Below are positions 41,161 through 54,560 of a stretch of DNA of 64,000 nucleotides, piece by piece. Numbering within the stretch: the first letter of the stretch is position 1; every line of letters starts with the position of its first letter. The DNA comes from Tubiluchus corallicola (taxonomy: Eukaryota > Animalia > Priapulida): the NCBI GenBank assembly GCA_030141605.1, contig JAQGDQ010000007.1, forward strand, positions 1,475,173 to 1,539,172, in the 5' to 3' direction. Made by a program: the position numbers and the translations under genes. The notes beneath the pieces are model-generated. The model ran no database searches, was not told where the DNA came from, and saw only the letters and a list, made by a program, of their open reading frames with translations.

Positions 41161-44100
41161 CTAGCCTTTATTGCGTGTTCGAAATGAAAGAATGATGAAA
41201 CCCAAAAGCCTGTATCCAGCCATCAGAACGAATAACAAGCCAACGTTCTGGTACATATTATCCTGAAAAAGACAAATAAAAACAATATAACTATATTATT
41301 TAAGGAAAATAAGGAGTCCAAAAATTGGATTACAGCAAAAATGTTCTCATACAAATCTCAAAACTAGATCACAGTTGTTAGCTCAAGCTTATACCATAGG
41401 AAAATGTCAAAAATTTCTTCCTGAGAATTTTGTGTCACACTCTTAAAAGACTGTGTCAGACTCTTTTGAGTCTGGCTTCTTAAAATAATGAGGGTCATGA
41501 AATTCATAAAACCTGAAAATTCTGTTAGCGTGTATCACCACTCTCATCCAATTCAAACAGTTTTCTTGTAAATAAAACTGCTGTGTTTTGACATACACAG
41601 AAACGATTTCTGTTAAGATACCTCTTTAAAGTTGAACTGGTGAAGCACAGCTGTCCCATCATGTATGCAAGGCCGCTGAGTTTCATTGCCATTTTCACAT
41701 GCTATAAATTAAACATGTAATGAAAATTCCATATAATATTTTAATAATTCACAGTATTAAGATAAGCCTAAGTTGATAAATTGTCTACACAGAAAAATTT
41801 CGAATAATAAAATATGCCAAATTGCACTAAACTGTGATTAACAGAATTTATTGATGGAACATTTATATGCTACCCCCAGCACAAATACTTGCATATTTCT
41901 GTAACATCTTTCCATTGGTTGATGTTCAGAGCCTCATTCCCGTATTTAAACCAGCTGAGATATTCAAGCCATATAAAATATACAGGAATCGACCTGGAAA
42001 TACACATTCATATTATAATTCAGATAATTCGGCAATGCCTTTTGTCATCATCAATGTGAACCCAAACGTGAAAAAAATCGTTCATGATAGCAAGTGGTCT
42101 TGCCGCATGCCCCTGAATAACGCACAAAAAAGTCTTGAAGTCCACGTTGAAAAATTTTTCGCCTGCGTTCCTGGTTTTACTCTCAATTTAATATCTGACT
42201 CAGTCCTCAAATTAATTTTCTGCCATCTGCTTAGCCAGCTAATTCTATCTACACGTTCTTGAACAGTGATAGTGAGCAGGCAAAGCCCTGTCATTAAATA
42301 GAGCACCTACATAATAATATTAATACCTTGCAACTATTGTTGTTTGGTAAATTTAACTTACTCCACATTCAGCAATAGACCACCAAACAGCATCATTGGC
42401 ATAAGAAATGGCGCAGCAGCAGCCATTACAATCTCCGGATTGGAGGAGAAGCAAGACATCATATAACCTGGAAAGGAAATGAAAAAAACGATGAGTTGAT
42501 GCAAAGAAATCTTGCCAATCAAAGTTAATCAAGGTCATTCAAATTAAAGTGTTAAGTAACCTTTGCCTACAAACAGAAACATAAGCCATGCAAATAATAC
42601 TACTACTTCTTAAAACAGGCTGGTTTAAAAAGAGACCTAATCAAAGCTACTGTAATGTCTGTTGCTCATCAATTAGGGCAGAATTACCTGTTACATAATT
42701 TATTATCTTAATTATAAAATGAATTGTTTGTGTAAAAGCGTGAGCTGCCACACAAAGATATTCACCTTGTCTGGAACATTTGGCAAACACAGCAGGCTCC
42801 TTTTACTGCCTGCCTGGTATATGCGAATTTCATGTTATTGTTAGTACAACAGTATAACAGTATGTTATATTCTCTCCCATACTATTTCTGCAAAAATGTG
42901 AGCTGCCACACAAAAACATTCGCCTCGTCTTAGGCATCTGGCAAACACAGCAGATTTCATTTACTGCATGGTACATGCGAACTTCATCTATTGTTAGTAC
43001 AACATTATACTATTCGTCCCTCACTTTGCTAAAGCATGTGCAAATAATATGTAATTGCTGAGCAGTGTTAATTGTCGCACATAATTTATACTATTGTTAA
43101 AATAAGCTTGTTCAATTGTTTATTTTAATGTCTTTTTGCAAATTGTGCTAGAGATTTCGCTTTTGTACCTTCTTGCTCTTAAAATTATCAGCAACAGACT
43201 TTTATTTTATACTTTAATTGATACTGATGCCATATTTCTGCATGGCGCTTACTGAACCAAAATATGGCTCCCTGGACCAAAATATGACATAGATGCTCAC
43301 AGAAATTGTTGAAAAAAATTACAAAATTAGAATATCTTGTGTGATCGTAAGCTTACCGAATGACGCTGCTACATTAGCTATTAAAATGAGAATTCCTGCG
43401 CAAACAAAAAAGTGCGACGCTGAAGGATATAAACCTGAAAAAACACAGAAAACTACTCAATAAGTAAAACATACATCAAAGTTTAAAATAAAAAGCTCAC
43501 TACAAAATAAAAATGCGGGATAAGGATCCATTATTACTTACCCACCATAAAATAGTCTATAAGCGTAAACAGAAATGGCAACAGGATGAAAAATGGTAGC
43601 TGAAAGAACAATGGTAGTTGAATGATACAATAATTTGAAAGATTACACTATTATATCTCAAAACCACTAAATGCCTAATATGGAGTTTTAGTTTCTCTGT
43701 GTGATATTTCATATTACTATTTCTTAACGAGATTAAATATTTCCCCATAAGTATGTAATATTTCTTCCTTTTTTCCTAAAACCTTGCAGCATCGAAAACT
43801 GATGTTGCAGAATTTCAGATTTATAATTAAGTCTGTATTACGTCACACCTTAATTACGTATGCAGCTTTGCAATAATTCTGCATTAAATTAAAAACATTT
43901 ATCCAGTATCACTTACTTGCTTTAAATAACTCTTATCACTAATTTCATCAGTGTATATAATATACAGCCCCTACCTCTGCCAGCATTTTGCTGAGGAAAT
44001 ATGTGTCCAACCTATAGCAACCATTAAAGTGCTCCCTCAGGAAAATGACACACTCTTCACAAAACACCTGCAAGCAGAAACAACTAAAAGTACATATATT

Positions 44101-47100
44101 TTAATAACTGGAGTAAAAACATCGGCCTAGTAATAAAAATTTTCAAGCTACATTATTTACAAAATGAATGTGCGTGATTTCAGCTTAACCCAAACTTCCA
44201 AATTCTCTTAAACTTTCATGGAAATTATCCTTATGCAAAAATTGCATACAAGAAGTATTTTAGTGATACATCCAGTGATATATATATATATATATATACA
44301 TCCACCAGGCTGGGAGTAAAGTAAAGGAAGCCGGTAAATAAATGTTTTTTGTAATACGATCAGAAATTCGAGTGGGATCATTAACCTTAAATATGCCTAA
44401 ATTGATTTGCAGGTTCGATTGTGCATGACTGCTCAAGCCAGGTTTGTGAAGACATCAATCGAAGCTTCGATCAAAAAGATTTTCTTTGAAGTGTGATACA
44501 AGGCTATACCTAACAGCGATGCTCAGCTTCTGCTGAAAAAAGTGTCTTGGGTGGTTTCGTCTACCACACTGATCTTAGCTTTTTACCCCATTGAGCAAGG
44601 ATGTGTCTGAATGAAGCCAAGAATTTCTGCCAGTTCAATGTCTCCTTTTAGATAATTATTCTTGATAATGAACCAGATTACGATTCTAACTTCATTAGAT
44701 AAAGCATTTTACTGAAGTATTTTAGAGCTTTGCTGTTTTGTGACGTAACAACACCCCGTTCCGTATTACGGATTCAGCAACGGTGATGCTGCAGTTATTG
44801 AAGCAGTTCGTGTAGATGGGATTTTTACAGTTTTCCCTTACGTGAACTACTGAAAATAAGTTCTGCATAGTCATATTTATAATTAGAAGAAACAGGACGC
44901 CAGTGATGTTTTGCACAGCTTCTTGATTCATTTCCTGCTGCAGGTAGACAATTCCAAGTATTATACCAATCACCTACAAAATAAAAATTTGTGAAAACTG
45001 AAAAGAGTTGAAAAAAGCATCAGATGTTTTGCACTAATAAACCTCTCGTATACAATATTTTTCGCATCATATTCACATAGCTTTTAGTTAGTTAAGTCTG
45101 ATTTCTACTTACCATTGTTTGAAAAGTTCTCACTTTTATTGCCATTGGATCTCGAATCACGCTGATTAATGCTCTGTGTGTTAGAGTGATAAACTGCTTT
45201 ATCCAACTTGCTTTATACCTAAATGAAACATACGCTAAAATGTTTGGTTAACTGTAATTCGCAGGCGACAGACTTTTAGGCTTGTAATTGCTAAACCACT
45301 TACAATAAGAATTACGTGTGCTGGTTATAATTGGCTACTTGATTTTCTACATTAAAGTATACGTGAGTCTGAAAAGGAAAAGATGAAAAAATATCTGTGA
45401 TTGTTTGGCAATACTTGATAAGGAAAACCTCAAGTTAAATTAGTGAAATTGAAATTTAAATGACGGCACTCATTCACTTGTGCAGGTACTTATCGCAAAT
45501 GCGTCACAAAGTACAACCACAATAATCGTGACAACAAAAATGCTAGCAGCAAGGAGTTCAGATGCATTTTGAATTTGGAAGTCTGGTTTTTCAGTTTTTG
45601 TATTCTTGTTTCCAGTGGTATTTTCAACAATTTTTTACGCAAAAAGTAGCTAAAACTAATTTAATAAAAACTCATAAACTGCAATCTTTTGTATTATTAC
45701 TAAATAATTAAAATATAGTTACTGGATTGTATTTAATGAACAGAGGTTACTTACGCAGAACGATGAGCCAGCAATTCACCGAACTGAAAAAATGCATGTA
45801 TAAATAATTGCAATGAAACTGCTGAAAACAGCTGTCTTGGTTAAGCGTTATTTGTAATACATAACAAGATATTACAAAATTGCATTTACTACAAATATCA
45901 ACAAAGCACACCACAAAGCGGAACATCCCCTGACAACAGTATTATTCCGTATTGGTTCCTGTGACTCAGACTTTTAACCCTGGGGCTCCAAAAGCGATAA
46001 GGTTCTTCTCCTATTGATGGGTGGCCCACATGTGAAAGTCGAATGCATTGCATTAATTTTTTAGACTTAGAATGAGTCCGCAACCTTTTTCAAGTAGTGT
46101 ATCCTATGACACTGACTTTTGATCTTAAGGCCTCAAAACCCATAAGATTCTTCCCCTGTTGACAGTCGATGAATACGTAAAATATGAAAGTTTAGGCTAT
46201 GTGTTCACAAACTTTTCCAACTGAGACCTTGACCTTTGATAAGGGGCGCACAAAGTCGATAGGGCCGTTTCTCTACTGACAGATGAGCCTATATATTATA
46301 TGAAAAATGAATGTCATGTTTGAAAAAAGGTTAGCTTGAAAAGTGTTCACAAGACCAATAACGAAATTACAGACAAACGGGCGGGCGGAAGCATGGACAG
46401 CCAAAGGGACAGATGCACGAACGGAGGCTTACTATACTGAATAACATATTAACAGATCCAACATTAGTGATTGTTAATAAATGCTACTAAACTGAACAAC
46501 ATATTAAAAGATGCAATGCCAATTAATATCAGCTGCTTTCTTACGTCAATGAGCTGTTCATTTCGATTATCCTCCATGATAACTTGTTTGACAAGATAAC
46601 CTTGAGGGGAAACTTCAAATGCGTTACATATTCTCTGAAAGTAACAAGTTGGAAAGTAAGAAAAACGAAAAGACAGTTTTAATTAATGAAAATTACAATT
46701 AATGAAAGCCGTTATTCACCCAACAAATTATTAATAAAAAATGTTTTAACAAAATTCAATTGAAGTTATAAGCTCAAATAATTATAAAATCTTTACTACA
46801 GGTAATGCTGCAGCTGCGTACGTACCTCTACTTTGTCTTTGCATTGGGCCTCCTTTTCTGGGATTACAGCTAAACTGTGCACATAGTAATCAGCAGGATT
46901 AAACTTTGGTGGACATTTGTAATCCATCGTCTTGAAAAATGTATGAATAGTTTTTCTTGAACCTAAATATGCCACCCTGCCTTCTGCCATTAACAATATC
47001 CTGCATTACAATTTAGAGAATAGTAATTTATTTTTACATATATAGGCCTACATAAAAAACATTGTCAAGCAGTTGTTTCTATGGTCCAAGTAAGTTAGCA

Positions 47101-50100
47101 GAAGGCAAATTTGGAATTTTAAGCGAGTAAAACAAAGTCTAAAACCAGCAAAAAACTGTATCCTAAAATTACAAAAAAATACTCAGGAAAAAGCATAAGT
47201 AAATGGAAATACATAGGCGTTTAAAAATGCTATCAACCGTCATTCAGAACTAGAAATTAGGGAATACGTTAAATATGTCTTAGAAAGCATAAAAGTCATA
47301 CGAGATTTAAAAGTTAAAAGTTTAAAATTTAAATAACTAAATACAAATTTTTAATGTTTTCAGGTAAAAACATATTTTAAATTTAAAATGACTCAGCAAT
47401 AAAAATTGGAAGCCAAAAGTAACTACGTAGTCACTATTACTGTTAAAATGGTTTATAAAATATATATGTATTTAGATAGTGAAGCATGAAGTCTACATTT
47501 TTGCATGTAGAAAATGTATACACGGCACTTTTACCTGTCGAACATGGCATACACTTCAGATGAAGGTTGATGTATGGTGCACAGGATAGTTCGCCCTTTA
47601 CAAGCCATGTCTTTCAAAACAGATATGATGTTTTGTGCCATAAAGGAGTCCAAACCAGATGTTGGTTCATCGCAAAACATTAATTTTGGATTTGTTAGCA
47701 TCTAGAAAAAGGCATTTATTTCATTATAGTTGCTGAAATAATTATGACAAATGTTTTTTCTCTTTACAGATCATTTGTAAATGCTATGATGCTAATTCAA
47801 GACCCATAACATTGCAGGTATAGTTAGAGCAAACTTATTTTCAAACAATGTAAGACTGATTTTAACAGTCTTTTAATAAAAATTGTTATGACAATGATGG
47901 GTAGGTAAAATTTTCAAACTATTCTACATATAGTAGCTACCATGTCATTATTAACCTTCAGTAATAGCACAGACACAAAAGGTGCCAGCAATATTTTAAT
48001 AAATACAAACGAGTCAATGCTTCTTCATTATCAAAGTATAACTTACTAACCTCAGATGCAAATGCAAGACGCTTTCTTTCGCCTCCTGAAATACCTTTTA
48101 TTCTACCAGGGACGCCTATCCATGTGTTCTCGCATTTCTTTAAACCAAGCTGTAATGGCAAATAATTATTTCACATGATTTTGCTTCCTTCTTTCTATTC
48201 TTTTCATAATTTTTTCGATGCCCCCTTTTCCCTTCATTCCTTTTTAAGTCTTTCATTCTTCTGAAAATTTTTTATGCTTTTTCTTTGACTATTTTTTCCT
48301 CTTTTATCATCGGCAGAATTGAGTAATTTAATTATGGCTCGAAAAAATTTAGTATAAATTATTTTAAAATCCTAAAAACGAATACAGGTGTAGCAAATTA
48401 CCTCCGTGAGAGTTTCTTCGACTTTCTTCATTCGCTGAGAATACGTGAATTCTTTGTCCATCCTCAATAGAGCCTACAACTCAAAACAGCAGATATTTTA
48501 GATGTACAATTTTGCACAGCAGCACAGCATAAGACCAGTGATCTAGTGTTTAGCATACATTGTTGTCCTGAACGCTATACTGTATCGCCTGACATTTTTG
48601 TATTGCTGTATTGTATTGCACTGCATTGTTGTTGTGTTACTGAAATGTATTGATTTGTTGTTTTGTTATGTTGATACTGAATTGTTTGCAGTGGTATAGT
48701 TTGTTTCATTGTTTAAAAATAACTTGCGTTGTACAAGGTACACTAAAATGATTAGTACAAGCTACACTGCCACACTTTGTTTTAATCATTTTTGTTATTT
48801 ATTTTTTAAGAAATGTTTGAAAAATGCTTTTGGTACTCTATATAAGACAGTAATATAAGCTAAATTGTAAAAAGAAGTGTAATGAACTAAAAACCTTAAT
48901 CTGTTTCAAATGTAGACAAACTCTGTGTGGTGAAGCTTTTGACAGTGCAATTAAAATACCTGAAATCTCAAATGTTCTTTTACTTTTAGGGTACCAATGA
49001 ACAAATCTTCCTGCTGAACGTATGCCGAAATGGACCTCATGCCAGGACCAAAACCAATTGGCTGTCCATTAATTTTGACTGTACCCTCAACAGTATACAT
49101 TTCAGTATTCCTGTGCGTCAGAATGTTCATAAGTGTACTTTTGCCTGCACCACTAAAACAAACAAACAACAAATGAATCTTGCTTCTGGTTCGTATCCTT
49201 ACTTGTCAGCCAGTCGGCTTGTAAAGTAATAATTATTGCAAAACTGATTTAACATGAATTTTGGCTATGATAATTTCGGAAAATAATTACAGCTAAATAA
49301 ACTCTTTTAAATCGATCCGAGTGTATAGAATCTATTTTGCCTTCAATTTGACAATATAAATATTTTTGTCAACAATATAATTTTTCTTAATATGACTATG
49401 CTTTTATACCTGGCACCCATAATTGCTAACAGCGTACCGGCTTTTGCGTACCCAGTAACTGCAATAACAAATTTTCACAAAACATATTAATGAAACTTGT
49501 AAATTAATGTCGTTGGAATAAACAAGCGAGCAGGACAACTTTTTACAACAATTTACTAGATGCAGTTGGGATGAGCACTCCTAACAGACTAACGTGAATT
49601 ACTTAATCTCATTATTAACTAAATAAAAGGCCTACACCTCTCGGGAATGCATTTTCCAAAACATTCTCAAATTTAAAATGGCATAAAGTAAAACCAAGCT
49701 GCATTAACAGTGCAGTCTCCTGAGTATAGCATGAAGGTGCTGCTGCCTTATCCTTTGTGCTACGGAACTTATAGTAGAAGCAAGCCCTCAGCTCTAAGCG
49801 AGAACTCGAATCACTTTACTGCAGCACAAAGCTATGCTAAACTAAATACGAAAATTGGGTGCAGAGTGAAGAAAACGTGTTATTACAAAAATTATTTACA
49901 GTTTCTATATGCGCTCTACTTACACGATCTTAATTTATTCGGGTGGCCAGTGACTACACCTATCAGAAACAATTCAATCTTTTGTAGAAGCAGCCCGTTC
50001 TGTGCTAGTTAGTTTAACGTATATTTCTCAAAATTATTTACTTTTAGAGGAATTTAAATAAACAGATTGTTTAACTTAGATGCACATTGAAATGGCCAAC

Positions 50101-50834
50101 TCAAGTTATTAAAATAATGTGACAAAGACTAATGTAATGTCGTGCTAGTAAATAGTCTTTAAATTTTGTTTTAATACCATTTCGGAGAATATGCTTCTTA
50201 ACTCTTTTTTCTGTTTGCTTTTCCGGGTCAGATTGTCCAGCTTCTCTATCATGTCGACTTCGTCCACCTTTCAGCGTCGCCCAGACGTTTATATTCTCCC
50301 AAGTTATGTTAACCTAAGCAATATAATAATTTCATGCCCATAATCGTAAGAAAATTGATAACAAACAGAGTTTACAATAAATTTTGTGTATTTATTTAAT
50401 AATAAATATTGTTGGGTTGACTATATATAATCCGATCGATGTTATACTGTAAAATGGAGTGTACTGAATGGATAATATTCAAGCAAAATGGAAAAAAGAA
50501 AGTGGTTGCTCAATATTATTTTCATTTTGTTTGTAAAACGCTAAAACGTTTATTACGATTGCTGAAAGATAGCCACATAACGTTATGAGCATCGGCGAGC
50601 TCTCTGTGCCTCTTAACATATAAGGAATTTCTAACTTACCGCATCAAGTTCACTAACACTCAATACTTTTTTAATGGGTTCCTTTCTCATCACATTTTTC
50701 GACATGCCAGCAAACTGAACGCCAGAATGTGAAATCTCTTCGTACATCGGTACATGAACATTACTTCTACTGATGGAATAATCACTAGCAGCATTGTCAC
50801 ATGCAGCATTGTTGCCGGTATCCATACTGAGCAT
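41161..50834 (-). CDS. White-like ABCG half-transporter, copy C (19 exons, ~683-686 aa)
   Basis: Near-identical paralog of B with the same exon structure: exon 1 ~50640-50834, Walker A exon ~48960-49152, signature exon ~48051-48149, Walker B exon ~47535-47701, exon 12 44842-44973, last exon 41161-41262. The start is either 50834 (MLSMDT) or 50825 (MDT). No stops or frameshifts were seen. Confidence 0.88.
42738..43030. repeat. ~160-bp diverged tandem duplication in intron 15 (counterpart ~29750-30020 in B)
   Basis: gtgagctgccacacaaa...tggcaaacacagcag...ttgttagtacaaca occurs twice. Confidence 0.75.
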
Positions 50835-51602
50835 GCTCTAGCAGAACGTTTTAAATGACGTTCACTTATAATGATTCAAACATTTGCTTAAGGCAAAACG
50901 TGTCACTTACAGAGGCATAAAATATTGTACTTCAAGCTCACACAACGATGGTATATTGTGAAAAGCCACGTTTCACAATGAATTTTAACATGGATTAACA
51001 AAAGCGAAACTATTTCTTTAAACTTAAACAACTAAAATAAGAATCAAAACAATTAATAAAAAAATCCCAGAATAGTTTTCAATTAATTGTTACGTCTTAT
51101 TGGTGAGGCACAGAACTGTATCATCAAAAGTTCACACCACACATCGATTTTACTTAATATCAACTAGTAGCAAACAAACACTGTTTTTTATGCCGCACAA
51201 CATTCAAGGTGCAAAAAAGGTGAAAGTCTAAAGGTCAAAACTGCAGGAGCTTTTAAATGGCTATTATATGTGACTGTAACGTAAATTGAGAAAGCATAGC
51301 TGTACACACTAAAAGACTGCCTGGTTGACTTAAATAAATGGAAGTTTTTGCTTAGAGGAAGAACCAATTCTCGAATAAGATTGTGTTTTAATATACACCT
51401 AAAAATCTTAATTAAGACGTAATATAGGCGCATAAAATGCGTTGCTTAAAATTGCGAAAGAAATTTAAGTCATTTATATCTCTCGCCAAACAAACCTCGC
51501 TGCGGGAGTATTGTAAAAAATTACGTAAGTTGGTGGAAAGCACGAAGGCATGCATACGATGCTTTTGCACTTCACTCAAAAATTCCACTATAGTAGCTGA
51601 CT

Positions 51603-51813
51603 AAAGAGTCGCTTACAGAGCATCCGGAATGCGTTATGCATTATCCAAATGCGGAATACCTGCGTATAAAATATCAATGGGACATAGCTGCAGGAAAAAA
51701 TAACGCATAACGTAAGTTTGATAAACGGGTGCATTGAAAACAATATAAACCGATTTTATCTATTTTGCATCCGCATAACGCATACGCATTCCGGATGTCT
51801 AGTAAACACCACT
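51603..51813. mobile_element. MITE-like element with ~45-50 bp imperfect terminal inverted repeats
   Basis: catccggaatgcgt (51621-51634) is the exact reverse complement of acgcattccggatg (51784-51797), and imperfect pairing extends on both sides. A truncated left arm also occurs at ~39541-39584. Confidence 0.65.
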
Positions 51814-53020
51814 TAATTATTTGTGTTTAACTGTGTTAAAAATTAGTCGACCGATCCGTTTTTAATAACTTTTAAGTGTTTGCATAGCTTTAATCCACGG
51901 GATTATAACTCAAAATGCGTAAATAATACACAACATTATTACAGGTAAGCGTAGAGTTATGCGAAGCTGCGCAAACTTAACGCATAGAGTTCAGTTTTAG
52001 CTTGCTAAAATAATTATTCTGTTATTTGTATTAAATAGTAGTAACTGTAACTGCAAAAGAAGTTCGTTCAAGCTCTGGCGAAATAAGTGTTTAGTTTAAA
52101 TTTTCCGTTTTGTTTGCTAATTTAAATTTTGCCTCTTCTCATTGCCAAATTTATTTATTGTTTCTAAGTTTAAACTCATTTGAACTTTTGCCTCATTTAT
52201 TTTTTATTTTGTTAAGTTGCTGATTATTTTCATTTGTACATACCTTACTTGACAGGTCACTTAATTTTCTTCAGTTTGAATAGGGGTGGTTGACTTGGTG
52301 ACCCTTGGTCTTTTCGCCACCCCGTCTTTATTTTAGTTTTTAGCGTTTGTTTATGTTTATTTTGTAACATTCAGAGAAAAATAATCTTTTTTTTTACTTT
52401 CTACTTTTACTTTATTTCGAAATGACCGCCCCAAGGCCTATAGTCCAACAATTTTATTGTTGAAACTTTCGTACATTTTTCTCAAATGTTAAAATATGCC
52501 CAATTTCTCAAGAGACTTGATTTTTGCTTTTGGGTTAATATTATGTTTTTGGGTTATTCGCATGAAAATAACTCTATAGAGCCGCTCATTTCGCTGTGAT
52601 GTTGTTCTCGCTTGTGTAATTCCAAACTCATTCCATACCATTTTTACCTTGTACTGTATTTACTTGTACCAAAAGTGCCTGACAAAACTTCATTAGTACC
52701 ATATTTACCAGTACCAAATTTTCCCGGTACCAAAATTTCATCGTACCAAAATTACCAGGACCAAACTTACTTCTACCGAACTTACTAGTTCCAGTTCTGC
52801 CGTTCAGTGTCCAGAATTAGTGTCGTTGCAACATCTACATTAGTTAAAGTCTGCCATTGAGCACTGGTCAAAGTTTGAAAAGTGTTATACTCCACAAAAA
52901 AATCTGACAGCTTTTCGGCTTGAACCGATAACCTGTTGAACACAACCAACTTCAACAACAATGGCGAAAAGAAAAGGGCTTCAACTGACTAGATGAACTT
53001 TTGTGCAATTTAGCACCTAC

Positions 53021-53948
53021 ATTTACTACTGTGTAAGCGTTGTTCACAGACATGACTATAATTGAAATAAACAAGACAGAAATGATGTTTTGCACGGCTT
53101 CCTGGTTTAGTTCCTGCTGCAGATAGATGACTCCAAGAATTACACCCATCACCTATAAATGCAAAATTGGTGAATTGCGGTGAAAATAAAACGTATATAA
53201 GGAAGTACCTAATTAGATTGCAATGAAAAAGCAACAGCAGTAGGCAGCTTCACTTGCCAAAAATTAAACAAGCTCAAAAGCTCAAAAATAATTCGTTTTA
53301 TTATCGAGATATACCTGATGCACTTTACGTTAATAATTAATCAACTATGGCATATCGTATACAAGAGCAAAAAGAAATTTATAAACGTAGTAATAGTAAA
53401 TCATATTCAATATGTTACTACAACTAGTGCTTTATAAAAGTGAACACAGAAAAACCTTGTTAAACTAATTCACCGCGTTAATATGCCTACTTCAGCACGT
53501 AATAGGTAAAAACCTAAACAGCAATGTGGAACAAAACAGAGGGAGCAATATAAATAGTAGCTAACAAATCTAGAAACTCTTGTCTGATATATTCACTAGA
53601 CAATAGTTTAATAAACTATTAAACAACATAGATCCGACAAGCGAATAATGAATAGTATGATCAAGATGTGCCAAGAAAAAAGTAATTTGTGCGTATTTTG
53701 TTACTCAGTATCATTTCATTCAAACAATAAAATATATTTCTATAATGTATTCTTAAAGCATCAAGTTCACTGACACTCACAGCATGTCCAATTGGCTTCC
53801 TTTTCTCTACATTTTTCGGCATTCTCGCAAATTGAATGCCGGAATCTGGAACTTCTTCGTATAAAGGTACGTGCATACTGCTTCCACTAGCTGAATAATC
53901 ATTAGTGTTCCTTGGAATTTCACCGACTTCGCGAATGTTGTCACCCAT
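53021..53948 (-). pseudogene. Collapsed ABCG pseudogene E retaining only exon 1 and exon 12
   Basis: 53757-53948 encodes MGDNIREVG...HVPLYEEVPDSGIQFA...VSVSELDA, homologous to B/C exon 1, but its donor reads TTAAGA instead of GTAAG. 53021-53152 is a 132-nt exon-12 homolog with intact AG/GT sites. Only ~600 bp separate the two, so exons 2-11 are missing. No exons 13-19 follow before gene C. Confidence 0.82.
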
Positions 53949-54239
53949 ATATTGACTATTGACTGGTACGTGCTACAACTTCCTGACATCTGGCGGTATT
54001 CATAGTGAATATACTGTTTGTAAACCGTCTAACATAATAGCATGCTGAAGCCTCAAATTAGAGGGCTACTGCCGAAAGCCAAAACAAGTCTCTTTATGAA
54101 ACCAGAAAATTAATTATATTACCCAAAAAACGTGTAGTTTTCAATCCTCAATAAACCAAATTATGTCAACACGAAATGACACCTAAGTAATTATTAGAGC
54201 ACTACGCCAGAACTAATGCACAAATAACAAAAAAGCTCA

Positions 54240-54560
54240 AAATAGTTTTTATTAATTGTTCCTTTTATTTGAAGCTACGTTTTCTTGACGGCGCGAAGGT
54301 GTTTCATCAAACTTTACACGACACATTGGCTTTAAAAACACATTTATCTCTAAAACCTCCTTAAACTAGAGTCCACAGATTTTTTTTCCCATTGTACTCA
54401 AAGTGCGAAAAGGTGAAAGTCTAAAAATAAAAGCAAAGTTTTTGAAATAGCTGCTATGTCTAGCCGGCGTAAAACAAACTGAGAAAGTATAGATGCTCCC
54501 ATCCCGAATTAGGTAAATTAAACTGTTTTTCTCGTTTAGAATAATTTTATACAAAAATAA
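54240..54560 (-). promoter_or_regulatory. Conserved upstream region of pseudogene E, homologous to upstream regions of C (~51065-51400) and B (~39000-39330)
   Basis: Shared non-coding blocks: aatagtttt..attaattgtt, tcatcaaa..tt.acac.acacat, aaggtgaaagtctaaa, gagaaag.atag.tg. Promoter function is inferred from position only. Confidence 0.45.

Larger units (their letters stand above)
26582..51642. repeat. Recent tandem segmental duplication: unit 1 ~26582-39584, unit 2 ~39585-51642
   Basis: High identity runs across exons, introns and intergenic DNA. At ~39584 the left side matches 51605-51642 and the right side matches 26582 onward. Confidence 0.92.

Noticed and set aside
26582-51642. B and C as an uncollapsed-haplotype assembly artefact
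   Set aside because: The gap-free junction inside a MITE arm, the B-specific insertion and the patterned substitutions favour a real duplication. This cannot be fully excluded without reads.
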